Below, in pieces: positions 8,753 through 19,525 of a stretch of 64,000 nt of DNA. The translations under genes and the position numbers were made by a program. Below the pieces are notes generated by a model. The model was not told where the DNA came from. It made no database searches and was given only the letters and a program-made list of their open reading frames with translations. Each line of letters begins with the position of its first letter. Within the stretch, counting starts at the first letter, position 1. This DNA comes from an uncultured Actinomycetes bacterium. Lineage in GTDB: Bacteria; Actinomycetota; Thermoleophilia; Gaiellales; JAICJC01. The DNA lies in NCBI GenBank assembly GCA_963809205.1, contig CAWEIS010000025.1, positions 248,896 to 312,895 on the forward strand, in the 5' to 3' direction.

Positions 8753-10353
8753 GCGGCAAAGTGCAGCTGTTCGCCGCACCGCTTCGCGCTGTACATGGCC
8801 AGGTCGGCGGCGCGGAAGATCGCCTCGGGATCGTCGCCGTCGCGGGGGAACACGGCGACGCCGAAGCTCGCCCGCAGCCCCTTGAGGAACGCCTGCTCGG
8901 AGCCGTGGAAGCCGCTCGAGATGCGCTCGACCACCGATCGCACGTTCGCCTCGTTGGTCTCCGGCAGCAGCAGCGCGAACTCGTCGCCGCCGATCCGGAA
9001 CGCGAGGTCGGAGCGGCGGATGGCGCCGTCCAGCAGGCTGCCGAACAGCGCCAGCGCGGCATCGCCCGCCTCATGCCCGTGCCGGTCGTTCAGCTGCTTG
9101 AAGCCGTCAAGGTCGCACAGCACCAGCGCGAACGGCCGGTGGTAGCGGCCGGAGCGGGCGGCTTCGTCGGCGAGCCGGCGTGTGAACGAGCGGCGGTTGA
9201 ACAGATGCGTCAGCGAGTCGTGCTCGGCGAGGTAGCGCACCTCCTCGAAGTCGTTCGCCGCGTCGATCGCGGCCGCCGCCTGGTTGGCGAACACCCGCAG
9301 CGCCTGCAGCACGTCTCGGCCGGGGATCAGCCGGTCCTGGGGATCGTCCACCCAGATGACGCCCGACAGCTCGCCGTCCCTTCCGGCCAGCGGCACCAGC
9401 AGCCAGTGGCGGTTCCAGGCCAGCGGCCCGGCACCGTTGCGCTCGGATGCGTGCACCTGGCGGTCCGACGCCAGTCGCAGGAGGGCACCCTCGCGGTCGA
9501 GCAGGTAGCAGCCCTCCTGGCGGAACTCCGGGTCGAGCAGCCGCTGCACGGTCTCCACCGACATCGGCGGGCCGGCCTGCAGCGACTCGATCCTCCAGCC
9601 GGTGGCGTGGCGCACCTTGAGCAGGCCGTCCAGCGGGTCGACCAGATCGACGCTGACCTTGGTGAATCCGAGCGCGCGCCTGATCCCGTCGCCGACGCCG
9701 GCCAGCAGCACGTCGATCGACCGCGACTCGGTCAGCCGGGACGAGACGGTCAGCAACTCCCCGAGGCCGGCATGGTGGCGCGCGTCGGCCGCGGCCTCCT
9801 GCGCGCTCTCCAGCGCGAATCCGGCGTGGGCGGCCACGCCGGCCAGCACCTCCAGCTCATCGTCGGTGGGCTTGCGGCCGGACAGCGGCTCGTCCACCGA
9901 GATGATGCCCAGCAGCTCGCCGCCGCCGTTCTCCAGCGGAACGAACAGCGCGTCGTCCGGATGCCAGGCGTCCGGGTCGTCGCTGGCGGCGATGTCCGGC
10001 GTGAACGAGAGCATGTCGGCGCTCCAGTCGTATTCGCCGGCGGGGACGAGGTAGGCGCCGTTGCGGCGGAACCGGTCGTCCAGCAGGGGCTCCCAGGTCT
10101 CCCAGCCGCCCGCCGAGCCGAGCAGCTCGTCGCGCGCCCGATCGTCGCCGTGCACGGTCGCGACCAGGAAGTCGTTCCACGCCGGCCGGAACAGGTTGAC
10201 CACCACGGTGCGGTAGCCGAGCGACTCGGCGATCGTGTGGGCGACGGCGCCCAGGACGTCGTCCAGCTGGGCCTCGTTGCGGACGGCGCGGGTGACGTGG
10301 AACAGCCCGCGCAAGCGCGCGAGCGTTTCGAGATCGTCCGGAGGGATCGGCAT
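8749..10353 (-). CDS. GAF-GAF-GGDEF diguanylate cyclase (paralog A)
   Basis: 534 aa, colinear with the downstream paralog. DSLTHLFNRRSF...RIGGDEFALLL. Confidence 0.85.
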   Translation of the reverse strand: MPIPPDDLETLARLRGLFHVTRAVRNEAQLDDVLGAVAHTIAESLGYRTVVVNLFRPAWNDFLVATVHGDDRARDELLGSAGGWETWEPLLDDRFRRNGAYLVPAGEYDWSADMLSFTPDIAASDDPDAWHPDDALFVPLENGGGELLGIISVDEPLSGRKPTDDELEVLAGVAAHAGFALESAQEAAADARHHAGLGELLTVSSRLTESRSIDVLLAGVGDGIRRALGFTKVSVDLVDPLDGLLKVRHATGWRIESLQAGPPMSVETVQRLLDPEFRQEGCYLLDREGALLRLASDRQVHASERNGAGPLAWNRHWLLVPLAGRDGELSGVIWVDDPQDRLIPGRDVLQALRVFANQAAAAIDAANDFEEVRYLAEHDSLTHLFNRRSFTRRLADEAARSGRYHRPFALVLCDLDGFKQLNDRHGHEAGDAALALFGSLLDGAIRRSDLAFRIGGDEFALLLPETNEANVRSVVERISSGFHGSEQAFLKGLRASFGVAVFPRDGDDPEAIFRAADLAMYSAKRCGEQLHFAA

Positions 10354-10371
10354 AGAGGTGGACCGCCGTGA

Positions 10372-10383
10372 AGGATCGATCCT
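10372..10383. promoter_or_regulatory. perfect 12-bp palindrome AGGATCGATCCT in the divergent intergenic region
   Basis: Lies in the 46-bp gap between the cyclase start (10353) and the lipoprotein start (10400). Confidence 0.25.
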
Positions 10384-10399
10384 CTAAGTTTGTCGGCGC

Positions 10400-11216
10400 G
10401 TGCGCAAGACCCTTGAGCTTCTGGCGGTGGCGGCCGTGGTCTCGGTCACCGCGGGATGCGGTGGCGGGCCCAGCGCGGAGTCGATGCCGGGGGACGCGCG
10501 AGCGCTCGCCGTGGCGCCCGATTTCGCCGGCACGCTGTGGGCCGCGCTCGGGTCGGACGCCTACCGCACGCAGGATGGCGGCCGCTCGTGGACCCGCGTC
10601 CCCAGCGCCCGTGAGGGGGACGGTGTCGCGTTCACCGAGAAGTACACGTATCTGGTCGGGCCGTCGGGCGGAGAGATCGCGGACTTCGGTGGCAGCCGCG
10701 CGGCGCCGCTGACCCGCACGCCGGCGTCGTTCGTGTCCGTTGCGTCGCCGTACCACAAGACCAACAGGCTGTACGCGCTGGACGGGGACGGCGGCATGTG
10801 GGTGAGCGTCAACGCCGGCCGCACCTGGTCGCGGCTGCGGGCGGACGGGCTGTCCGGCGGCTGCGTCACGGTGGCCGCGGTACGCGACCTGGTCACCGAG
10901 CCGGACATCGTGTACGTCGCCTGCGGAGCCGACGGCCTCTGGTCGTCTCACGACCTGGGCGCGTCGTTTCACAAGGTCGGCCGGCATCGGCGACGCGCGC
11001 TCGGTGGCGATGACCACGGACGACCAGAACCTGGTGCTGGTGGCGGCCGGCGACGGCATCTACCGGTCGACCGACCGGGGTAAGACCTTCGCGCGAGTGT
11101 CTGACGCGGTCGCCTCCGCCGTCGCCTTCGATCCTCGCAACCGGCGGCTGGCCTACGCCGCGGCGGACGGACGGCTGCTGCGCTCGACCGACGCCGGGGC
11201 ATCATGGCCGTCGTGA
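10400..11216 (+). pseudogene. BNR/Ycf48-like beta-propeller lipoprotein, one frame change near 10977-10985
   Basis: Signal peptide plus lipobox (AVVSVTAGC). Repeated S/T-x-D-x-G-x-x-W motifs (TQDGGRSWT, SVNAGRTWS, RSTDRGKTF, RSTDAGASW). The C-terminal 70 aa are in another frame (ORF 11004-11216). Confidence 0.65.
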
Positions 11217-11243
11217 AAAAAAGCGTCAGACCCCGTTTTTTCA
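11214..11243. terminator. bidirectional hairpin TGAAAAAA-AGCGTCAGACCCCG-TTTTTTCA between convergent genes
   Basis: The A7/T6 arms flank a core that shares GTCAGACCCC with the palindromic repeat family. The TGA (11214-16) and the complement of TGA (11241-43) are the two genes' stop codons. Confidence 0.5.
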
Positions 11244-11624
11244 GTGACTCAACCACTCGGGCACGCGCGTCGGCCGCATCGTCGCGCGGTCGACGCACGC
11301 GTGGCGCGTGAAACCGGTCGCGTGCAACCGCTCGCCGACCAGCAGCCGGTAGGCGAAGCGGAACGAGGCGCGGCCCCGCTCGTCGATGGTCGTCTCGACG
11401 ATCACCTCGTCGTCGAACCGCAGCGGCTGCAGGTAGCGGATGCCCGCCTCGACAACGACCATGTCGATGCCGCCGTCGTGCACCTCCGCATAGCTGTGGC
11501 CCATCGCCCGCAGGTGCTCGATGCGGCCGACCTCGAAGTACTGCAGGTAGATGGCATTGTTGGCAACACCCATCGCATCGGTCTCGCCGAACCGGACGCG
11601 GATCGCCGTGCGGTGCGTGCTCAT
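11241..11624 (-). CDS. acyl-CoA thioesterase, YbgC/4HBT (hotdog) family
   Basis: MSTHRTAIRVRFGETDAMGVANNAIYLQYFEVGRIEHLR is the typical 4HBT N-terminal motif; 127 aa. Confidence 0.85.
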   Translation of the reverse strand: MSTHRTAIRVRFGETDAMGVANNAIYLQYFEVGRIEHLRAMGHSYAEVHDGGIDMVVVEAGIRYLQPLRFDDEVIVETTIDERGRASFRFAYRLLVGERLHATGFTRHACVDRATMRPTRVPEWLSH

Positions 11625-11699
11625 CCTGTCGAGGGTAGTGGAGCTCGTCCCGGGTTGATACGGTGGGACGGTCAGCTCGTCTCCTCCAAAGGGGTCCGC

Positions 11700-12017
11700 A
11701 TGGACGAACAAGAGCAGCGTGGCAGCGGCCTGATCGACCGCGTCGCCAAGGTCAAGTCGGAGGCCGCGAAGCGGGTTCCGGGAGCCAACGCGGGAGCACC
11801 CGTCGTCTCGGCAACCCGCGAGCGTGCACAGGCCGCCGGCCGGGCCGCCGTCAGCCAGCTTCCCGCGACGCGGGAGGACGTGCAGAGGCTCCAGACCTCG
11901 CTCGACCGGATCGAGGCCGAACTGGTGCACCTGGCGGCGAAGGTCGATGCGCTCAAGCCCGCACGACGGGCGGCGTCACCCCGCAGCACCGCCGGGAGCA
12001 CGAAGGAGAAGAGCTGA
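11700..12017 (+). CDS. hypothetical protein (predicted helical/coiled-coil)
   Basis: ATG-initiated 105-aa ORF (MDEQEQRGSGLIDRVAKVKSEAAKR...DVQRLQTSLDRIEAELVHLAAKVDAL). No family recognised. Confidence 0.4.
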   Translation: MDEQEQRGSGLIDRVAKVKSEAAKRVPGANAGAPVVSATRERAQAAGRAAVSQLPATREDVQRLQTSLDRIEAELVHLAAKVDALKPARRAASPRSTAGSTKEKS

Positions 12018-12914
12018 CGGCACGACGGTGAACGAAGCTGGGGTGATCCCCGGCCCCTCGCCGTCGACCTCGATCGGCAACGGCACCTGCGGGGTGACCG
12101 TGACGCTGCGCGCGCGCACAATCTGGGCCTTCGGGTGGGTGACGTGCGTGCCCCGGTAGAGCTTGTGCAGGTTGCGCGCCAGGTCGGCCTTCGACACGTC
12201 GCCCCAGACCAGCACGTCGAGCATCCCGTCCGATGGATCCGCGTCGGGCAGGATCTTCATGCCGCCGGCGAAATACCGGCAGTTGGCGACGATCACGTTG
12301 TTCGACACCAGTTCCGAGCGCTCGCCGTCGATCTCGACGACGAAACGCGAGTTGCGGTACCCGACGAACGTCGACACGGCGGCCCAGGCGAACGCCGCCG
12401 TCGCGCCCAGCGGCTTGCCCGAGCGATTGACGCGGTCGGCGGCGATGCCGGTCATGCCCGCGCTGGCGATGTTCGCGAAGTACCGGCCCTCGGGCGCGCC
12501 GTCGTGGTTCGTGTACTCGATCCTGCCGACGTCGATCCGGCGGGTGGTGCCATTGTGGACAACGTCCAACGCCTTGTCCGTGTTCTTGGGAATCGCGAAC
12601 GTGCGGATGAAGTCGCAGCCCGATCCGCGCGCGATCACCGCCATCTCGCACGAGTGGTGGGTGCCGGCCTCGACGAGCCCGTTGGCCACCTCGGAGACGG
12701 TGCCGTCGCCGCCCACGGCAACGACCAGCTGCGCTCCCGTGGAGGCCGCCTCGCGCGCCAGCTCGACCGCATGGCCGGCCTGCTCAGTCAGGCGGACGTC
12801 GACGTCCAGCCCCAACTCCTGCGCCCGGCGCGCGATCTCCGGCCACTGGCGGGCCGTCTTGCCGTTGGCCGACGCCGGGTTGACCACCATCACGGTGGCG
12901 GTCGAGCCGCTCAC
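11976..12914 (-). CDS. diacylglycerol kinase family lipid kinase (YegS/DagK-like)
   Basis: VVNPASANGK...LVVAVGGDGTVSEVANGL is the DAGK catalytic-domain signature. Confidence 0.85.
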   Translation of the reverse strand: MSGSTATVMVVNPASANGKTARQWPEIARRAQELGLDVDVRLTEQAGHAVELAREAASTGAQLVVAVGGDGTVSEVANGLVEAGTHHSCEMAVIARGSGCDFIRTFAIPKNTDKALDVVHNGTTRRIDVGRIEYTNHDGAPEGRYFANIASAGMTGIAADRVNRSGKPLGATAAFAWAAVSTFVGYRNSRFVVEIDGERSELVSNNVIVANCRYFAGGMKILPDADPSDGMLDVLVWGDVSKADLARNLHKLYRGTHVTHPKAQIVRARSVTVTPQVPLPIEVDGEGPGITPASFTVVPSALLLRAPGGAAG

Positions 12915-13627
12915 GCCTTCTCGTCGATCGCCGCAGCCAGGCCCAGCTGCGTCATCCGCGCGACGCCGTCGGCCAGCGCCTGGTCGCCGATCCGCACCGG
13001 CTCGCCCTCACCGACCAGATCGGAGACTGTGAGGATGCAGGCCGTGCGCACACCGCGGATCGCCCCGATCGTGAACAGCACCGCTGCCTCCATCTCGACG
13101 GCCAGCACGCCGCGCGCGGCCCAGCGCCGGTGGCGCTCGGGATCGGGGTCGTAGAAGGTGTCCGAGGTGGCGATCGCGCCGACATGTGGCCGCACGCCCA
13201 GACCCTTGGCGGCGTGGATCGCCCCGTGCGTCAGCCCGAAGTGCGCGGTGGGCGCGTGCGCCTCGCCGCCGGTGTAGCGCAGCGCCGTCCCGTCGGCCGG
13301 CACGGCCGAGAGCGCGATCACCAGGTCGCCGAGTCCGAGCTGCGGCTGCAGCCCGCCGCACGTCCCGATCCGGATCAGGCGGTCGGCGCCGAGCTGGATC
13401 AGCTCCTCGATCACGATGGCCGCGCTGGGCGCGCCCATCCCCGTCGCCTGCACAGACACCGGGACACCGTGGTGGGTGCCGGTGAATCCCAGCAGCCCGC
13501 GCTCGCCGTTGACCTGGCTGGCGTCGTCGAGAAACTCCTCGGCCACCCGCCGGGCGCGGAGCGGGTCACCCGGGAGCAGCACCGCCGGCGCGTAGTCGCC
13601 CGGCTCGGCACGGAGGTGGATGGGCAT
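12911..13627 (-). CDS. deoD: purine nucleoside phosphorylase, DeoD type
   Basis: LLPGDPLRA...GTHHGVPVSVQATGMGAPSAAIVIEELIQLG...IRIGTCGG...VLAVEMEAAVLF is the PNP/UDP_1 family pattern. Confidence 0.85.
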   Translation of the reverse strand: MPIHLRAEPGDYAPAVLLPGDPLRARRVAEEFLDDASQVNGERGLLGFTGTHHGVPVSVQATGMGAPSAAIVIEELIQLGADRLIRIGTCGGLQPQLGLGDLVIALSAVPADGTALRYTGGEAHAPTAHFGLTHGAIHAAKGLGVRPHVGAIATSDTFYDPDPERHRRWAARGVLAVEMEAAVLFTIGAIRGVRTACILTVSDLVGEGEPVRIGDQALADGVARMTQLGLAAAIDEKA

Positions 13628-13638
13628 GGCGCGTGAGC

Positions 13639-14493
13639 TTACATCGGCCGGTGGGCGGCGACGCCGAGGCTGACGCCGGGCAACACCAGGCCGTCAGCGG
13701 TGCGGTAGGTGGCGAGATTCTCGTCGACCCGGCGGCGGATCCGGGCGAGCCGGTCGTCGTCGAGCGGCGCCAGCGCCCTCGCGGCCGATGGCGACAGCGC
13801 CGTCTGCACGCGCCAGTACTCGTCCCGTCGACGTACGTCCAGTTCGCCGGGATCCGGTCGACCACGACGCCGGCGAACCCGGCGCCGGCGACCAGGTCGC
13901 GCAGCCGCGCCTCGTCGCCCAGGGCGAAGATGCTGGGTCCGCTCTCCGGGCCGGACGGCTGGATCAATCCCTCCTCGATCAGCACGCCCATGACCACGGC
14001 CGGCCACGGGTTGTCCTCCGGAGCCCCCCAGACGACCGCGGCCAGGCGACCGCCCGGCCGCAGCACCCGCAGCACTTCTGCCAGGCACGCCGCCGGGTCG
14101 GCCATCAGCATCAGGCCCCAGCGGCAGACCACGGCGTCGACGCTCGCGTCGGGCAGCTCCAGGCGCTCGGCGTCCATCACCCGCGCCTCGACGTTGTCCA
14201 GGCCGAGATCGGCCGCGCTGCGGAGCGCCGCCTCCACCATCGCCGGCGCCTGGTCGGTCTCGATCACGCGTCCGCCGGGGCCGACGATCGCCGCGGCCCG
14301 CATCCCGGTCTCGCCCGTGCCGCACGCCAGCTCGAGCACCGTCTGCGCCGGGCGCAGTTCGGCGTGCCCGGTCAGCCACGGCGTGACGCAGCGCCGCTGC
14401 CCGGGAGACCGCGGCCCGCTCGCGCTCCCATGCGCCGGCAGCCGACTGCCAGCTGGTGCGGCTCTGCTCGCGGTATGCGCTAGCTTCATCCAT
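13639..14493 (-). pseudogene. class I SAM-dependent methyltransferase, two frame changes (about 14395 and 13824-13826)
   Basis: The N-terminus (MDEASAYREQSRTSWQSAAGAWERERAAVS) and C-terminus (DEYWRVQTALSPSAARALAPLDDDRLARIRRRVDENL) are in one frame. The SAM-binding core VLELACGTGETG...VVCRWGLMLMADP...LRPGGRLAAVVW is in another. The second junction sits at a CCC/GGG run. Confidence 0.75.
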
Positions 14494-14494
14494 C

Positions 14495-15298
14495 GTGCCT
14501 GAGCGTACAGTGACGGTCGCCGGGTGTCGCGTCGCGATGCACGACCTGGGTGAGGGCAGCCCCGTCGTGCTGCTGCACGGGCTCCTCGGGTCGCCGCACT
14601 ACCTGCTGCCGCTGGCCCGGTCGCTTGCCCGGTCGGGGCGCAGGGTGCTCGTCCCGTGGCTGCCCGGGCACGGACCGAGCGACCGGCTCGAGCCCTTCGG
14701 ATTCGACGCTGCCGCCGACCTGCTGGCCGACGCAGCGGCCGCCGCCGGCGCCGAGCGCCCCGCCGTGGCCGGCCACTCGTTCGGCGCGCCGCTTGCCGTG
14801 ACCTGGGCGTCCCGGCGGCCGGTCTCCTCCCTGGTCGCCGCCTCGCCCGTCGGGGTGGCCCCGCTCGCCCTCGGGCCCGCGCTGCGGGCGCTGCGCTTCA
14901 GCCGCGCGATCGCGCGCGCCGCCCCGTCGGCCGCGGCGCCGCTGGCGGGCAACCGGCTCGGGCGGCGGTTGGTGTTCGGGTGGTTCGTCGGCATGGCCCG
15001 GCCGGACGCCGTCGACCCGGCCATGGGCGCCGATCTGGTGCGGGCGGCGGCGACGGCGGAGCCCGGCCTGCGGGCGATGCTGACCGAGTTGCAGCGGCTC
15101 GACCTGACGGACGCCGCCCGGCTGGTGGACTGCCCCTCGCTGGTCACCTGGGGGGAGCTCGACCGCGACGGCATCCTCAACGGCCCGGGGCTGGCGGCGG
15201 CCCTCCGCTGCCGGACCCGCGTGCTGCGAGGAGCCGGTCACATGCCGATGCTGGAGGCGCCCTACGCGTTCCGGGTCGCCCTGCAGGGGTTCGTCTAA
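14495..15298 (+). CDS. alpha/beta hydrolase
   Basis: VVLLHGLLGSPHY...VAGHSFGAPLA nucleophile elbow and C-terminal GAGHMPMLE. The GTG 14495 start was chosen to avoid overlap with the divergent gene. Confidence 0.8.
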   Translation: MPERTVTVAGCRVAMHDLGEGSPVVLLHGLLGSPHYLLPLARSLARSGRRVLVPWLPGHGPSDRLEPFGFDAAADLLADAAAAAGAERPAVAGHSFGAPLAVTWASRRPVSSLVAASPVGVAPLALGPALRALRFSRAIARAAPSAAAPLAGNRLGRRLVFGWFVGMARPDAVDPAMGADLVRAAATAEPGLRAMLTELQRLDLTDAARLVDCPSLVTWGELDRDGILNGPGLAAALRCRTRVLRGAGHMPMLEAPYAFRVALQGFV

Positions 15299-15307
15299 CC
15301 TGCAACG

Positions 15308-15862
15308 GTGTCCTCCCGGACGGATCCGTGGCATTGCGCGGCGTGCGGCGCTCCCGCAGACCTCGCGCCCCGATCGGCCGAGGTAGCGCTCGTCCGGCTC
15401 GCCCTCAACGGCGAGGACGGGTTCGAGTTCGGCTCCGCAGGGATCGAGCCGGCGATCGAGCCGCTGCTCCAGCGCTGCCCATGCGGCGGCAGCCTGGTGC
15501 CGGGCGACGGCACCGGCGCGCCGTTGCGCGCGGCGTTCGACCGGGAAGCCCTGCGGCCGGTTGCGGTGCAGGGCATGGAGGTGCTCGACGCCTCCGCCGA
15601 CGGCCGCCTGACCGGCCTGCGCCAGGCGTGGCGTCCGAGGGTGCTGCCGCTGCTCGGCCGCGAGTCCGAGCTCGAGCGCGAAGAGGTGCTGCGCGCCCGC
15701 CTGGAGGACAAGCTCGAGCGGCTCCAGTACGAGCTGCAGCACGCCACCGCCGTGGGCGACCAGGATGCGGCCGAGGCTGCGCACGCCCGCTACATCGAGC
15801 TGGGAACCACCTACGTCCGCCGGTTCGTCGCCCGCGATGAGCGCGCCGAAGCACCTTCCTGA
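15308..15862 (+). CDS. hypothetical protein with CxxC...CPC zinc-ribbon-like N-terminus and helical C-terminus
   Basis: WHCAACGAP...LQRCPCGG followed by ELEREEVLRARLEDKLERLQYELQ. No family recognised. Confidence 0.45.
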   Translation: MSSRTDPWHCAACGAPADLAPRSAEVALVRLALNGEDGFEFGSAGIEPAIEPLLQRCPCGGSLVPGDGTGAPLRAAFDREALRPVAVQGMEVLDASADGRLTGLRQAWRPRVLPLLGRESELEREEVLRARLEDKLERLQYELQHATAVGDQDAAEAAHARYIELGTTYVRRFVARDERAEAPS

Positions 15863-16769
15863 GCGAGTCGCGGCGTACGTCTCCGAGCACCGGGTGCTCG
15901 CCCCCGGCGAGCCGGTGCTCGCGCTGGTCTCCGGGGGCGCAGACTCGCTCTGCCTGTGGGGCGTGCTCTGCGATCTGGGCTACGACGTGGAGGCGCTGCA
16001 CGTCGAGCACGGCCTCCGCGGCGCCGCCGGCCTGGCCGACGCCGCGCACTGCTCGGCGCTGGGCGCGACGGTCGTGCCCGTCGACCTGCCCGACGGCCCC
16101 AACCTTGAGGCCCGCGCGCGCGAGGCCCGCTACGCCGCGGCGCGCGAGCGCGCGGACGGGCGGCCGATCGCGACCGGCCACACGCTGACCGACCAGGCGG
16201 AGACGGTCGTCTACCGGCTGGCGTCCTCGTCCGGCCCGCGCGCCGTGCGGGCGATGCGGCCGCGCAGCGGGGAGATCGCCCGGCCATTGCTGTGCGCCAC
16301 GTCCGACGAGACCCGCGAGTGGTGCGTGCGGCGCGGGCTCCGGCCCTGCATCGACAAGAGCAACGCCGACCGCCGGATCCGCCGCAACCTGATCCGCCAC
16401 GAGGTGATGCCCGCGCTCCGCCGCGTCCACCCGGGGGCCGAGGTCAACCTCGCCCGCAGCGCTGAGTTGCTCGCCGAGCTGGACGAGCTTGTCAGCGCCC
16501 TGGCCGCCGAACACGTCGAGGACGAGCTCGACCTCGAGCAGCTGGCCGCGCTGCCGGTCGCGCTGCAGTCGCTAGTTCTCCGGGAGGCTGCCGAGCGCGC
16601 AGCCGGACGGCCGCTGCGGCTGACGCGCGACCTGACCCGCAGGCTGGTTGAGCTGGGCGAACGGCGCGGCGGCGTGGAGCGGCTCTCGCTGGCCGCCGAC
16701 CTGGAGGCGGTGCGCGACCGGTCGACCCTCAGCTTCCAGCCTCCGGCGCGGTATCCTCCCCCGCCGTGA
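15837..16769 (+). CDS. tilS: tRNA(Ile)-lysidine synthase
   Basis: PP-loop VLALVSGGADS, then HVEHGLRG and TGHTLTDQAETVVYRL. Sits upstream of hpt-ftsH as in other Actinobacteria. Confidence 0.85.
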   Translation: MSAPKHLPERVAAYVSEHRVLAPGEPVLALVSGGADSLCLWGVLCDLGYDVEALHVEHGLRGAAGLADAAHCSALGATVVPVDLPDGPNLEARAREARYAAARERADGRPIATGHTLTDQAETVVYRLASSSGPRAVRAMRPRSGEIARPLLCATSDETREWCVRRGLRPCIDKSNADRRIRRNLIRHEVMPALRRVHPGAEVNLARSAELLAELDELVSALAAEHVEDELDLEQLAALPVALQSLVLREAAERAAGRPLRLTRDLTRRLVELGERRGGVERLSLAADLEAVRDRSTLSFQPPARYPPPP

Positions 16770-17344
16770 GCGTCGTTCCGCCCACAGCGCTCGACCCGGA
16801 CGGCCTGATCGGCGAGGTGCTGGTCGATCCGGCGCCGCTGGCACGCCGGGTGGCGGAGCTGGGCGGCGAGCTCTCGCGCGACTACGCCGACCGCGACCTG
16901 CTGCTGGTGGGTGTGCTGAAGGGCGCCGTGTTCTTCATGGCCGACCTCGTGCGATCGATCACCGTGCCGGTCGAGATCGACTTCATGGCGGTGTCGTCGT
17001 ACGGCAGCGGCACCGACTCGTCGGGCGTTGTCCGCATCCTCAAGGACCTCGACGCCAACATCGAGGGGCGCCACGTGGTGATCGTCGAGGACATCGTCGA
17101 CTCCGGGCTGACGCTCAGCTACCTGGTGCGCAGCCTCGAGGCGCGAAGCCCGGCGACGCTCGAGGTGTGCGCGCTTCTGACCAAGCCCGAGCGCCGCAAG
17201 GCGGACATCGAATGCCGGTACGTCGGGTTCGAGATCCCCAACCGCTTCGCGATCGGCTACGGCCTCGACTACACGGAGCGCTTCCGGAGCCTGCCGTACG
17301 TCGCCGCGCTGGATGAAACCAAGATCCCCGACGACCTGCTCTGA
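16766..17344 (+). CDS. hpt: hypoxanthine phosphoribosyltransferase
   Basis: LLLVGVLKGAVFFMADL...VVIVEDIVDSGLTLSYL...GFEIPNRFAIGYGLDY. GTGA overlap with tilS. Confidence 0.92.
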   Translation: MSVVPPTALDPDGLIGEVLVDPAPLARRVAELGGELSRDYADRDLLLVGVLKGAVFFMADLVRSITVPVEIDFMAVSSYGSGTDSSGVVRILKDLDANIEGRHVVIVEDIVDSGLTLSYLVRSLEARSPATLEVCALLTKPERRKADIECRYVGFEIPNRFAIGYGLDYTERFRSLPYVAALDETKIPDDLL

Positions 17345-17383
17345 CCGCTGGTTTCAAGCCCGCGGGAGGGGCTGCCGATAGAC

Positions 17384-17412
17384 CCCAGAGACCCGGTCGC
17401 AGGGTGTCTGGG
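17384..17412 (+). terminator. hairpin CCCAGAGACCC-ggtcgca-GGGTGTCTGGG downstream of hpt, in the ftsH leader
   Basis: 10 of 11 stem positions pair. No U-tract, so the function (terminator versus leader structure) is uncertain. Confidence 0.3.
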
Positions 17413-17478
17413 AAACAGGCTTCCAAGACGGCCCGTGGTAAGGTTCTGCGCAGTCAATCAGGCAGGTAGAGAGGCGTC

Positions 17479-19443
<1,965 letters not shown>

Positions 19444-19525
19444 CGGCCGGGTCCACCCTTTAGGTTGACGGTGCCCTACCCCTTCGCGGGTGAGGCGCCC
19501 TCTCCATCAGGTCGATCACCAGTGC

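Noticed and set aside
6542-9145. 867-aa ORF on the + strand, the longest in this region
   Set aside because: It is antisense to the acyl-CoA dehydrogenase and both GGDEF genes. The translation is Arg/Ala/Gly/Pro-rich low complexity with no domain pattern, while the opposite strand encodes coherent domain proteins. This is the typical open antisense frame of high-GC DNA.
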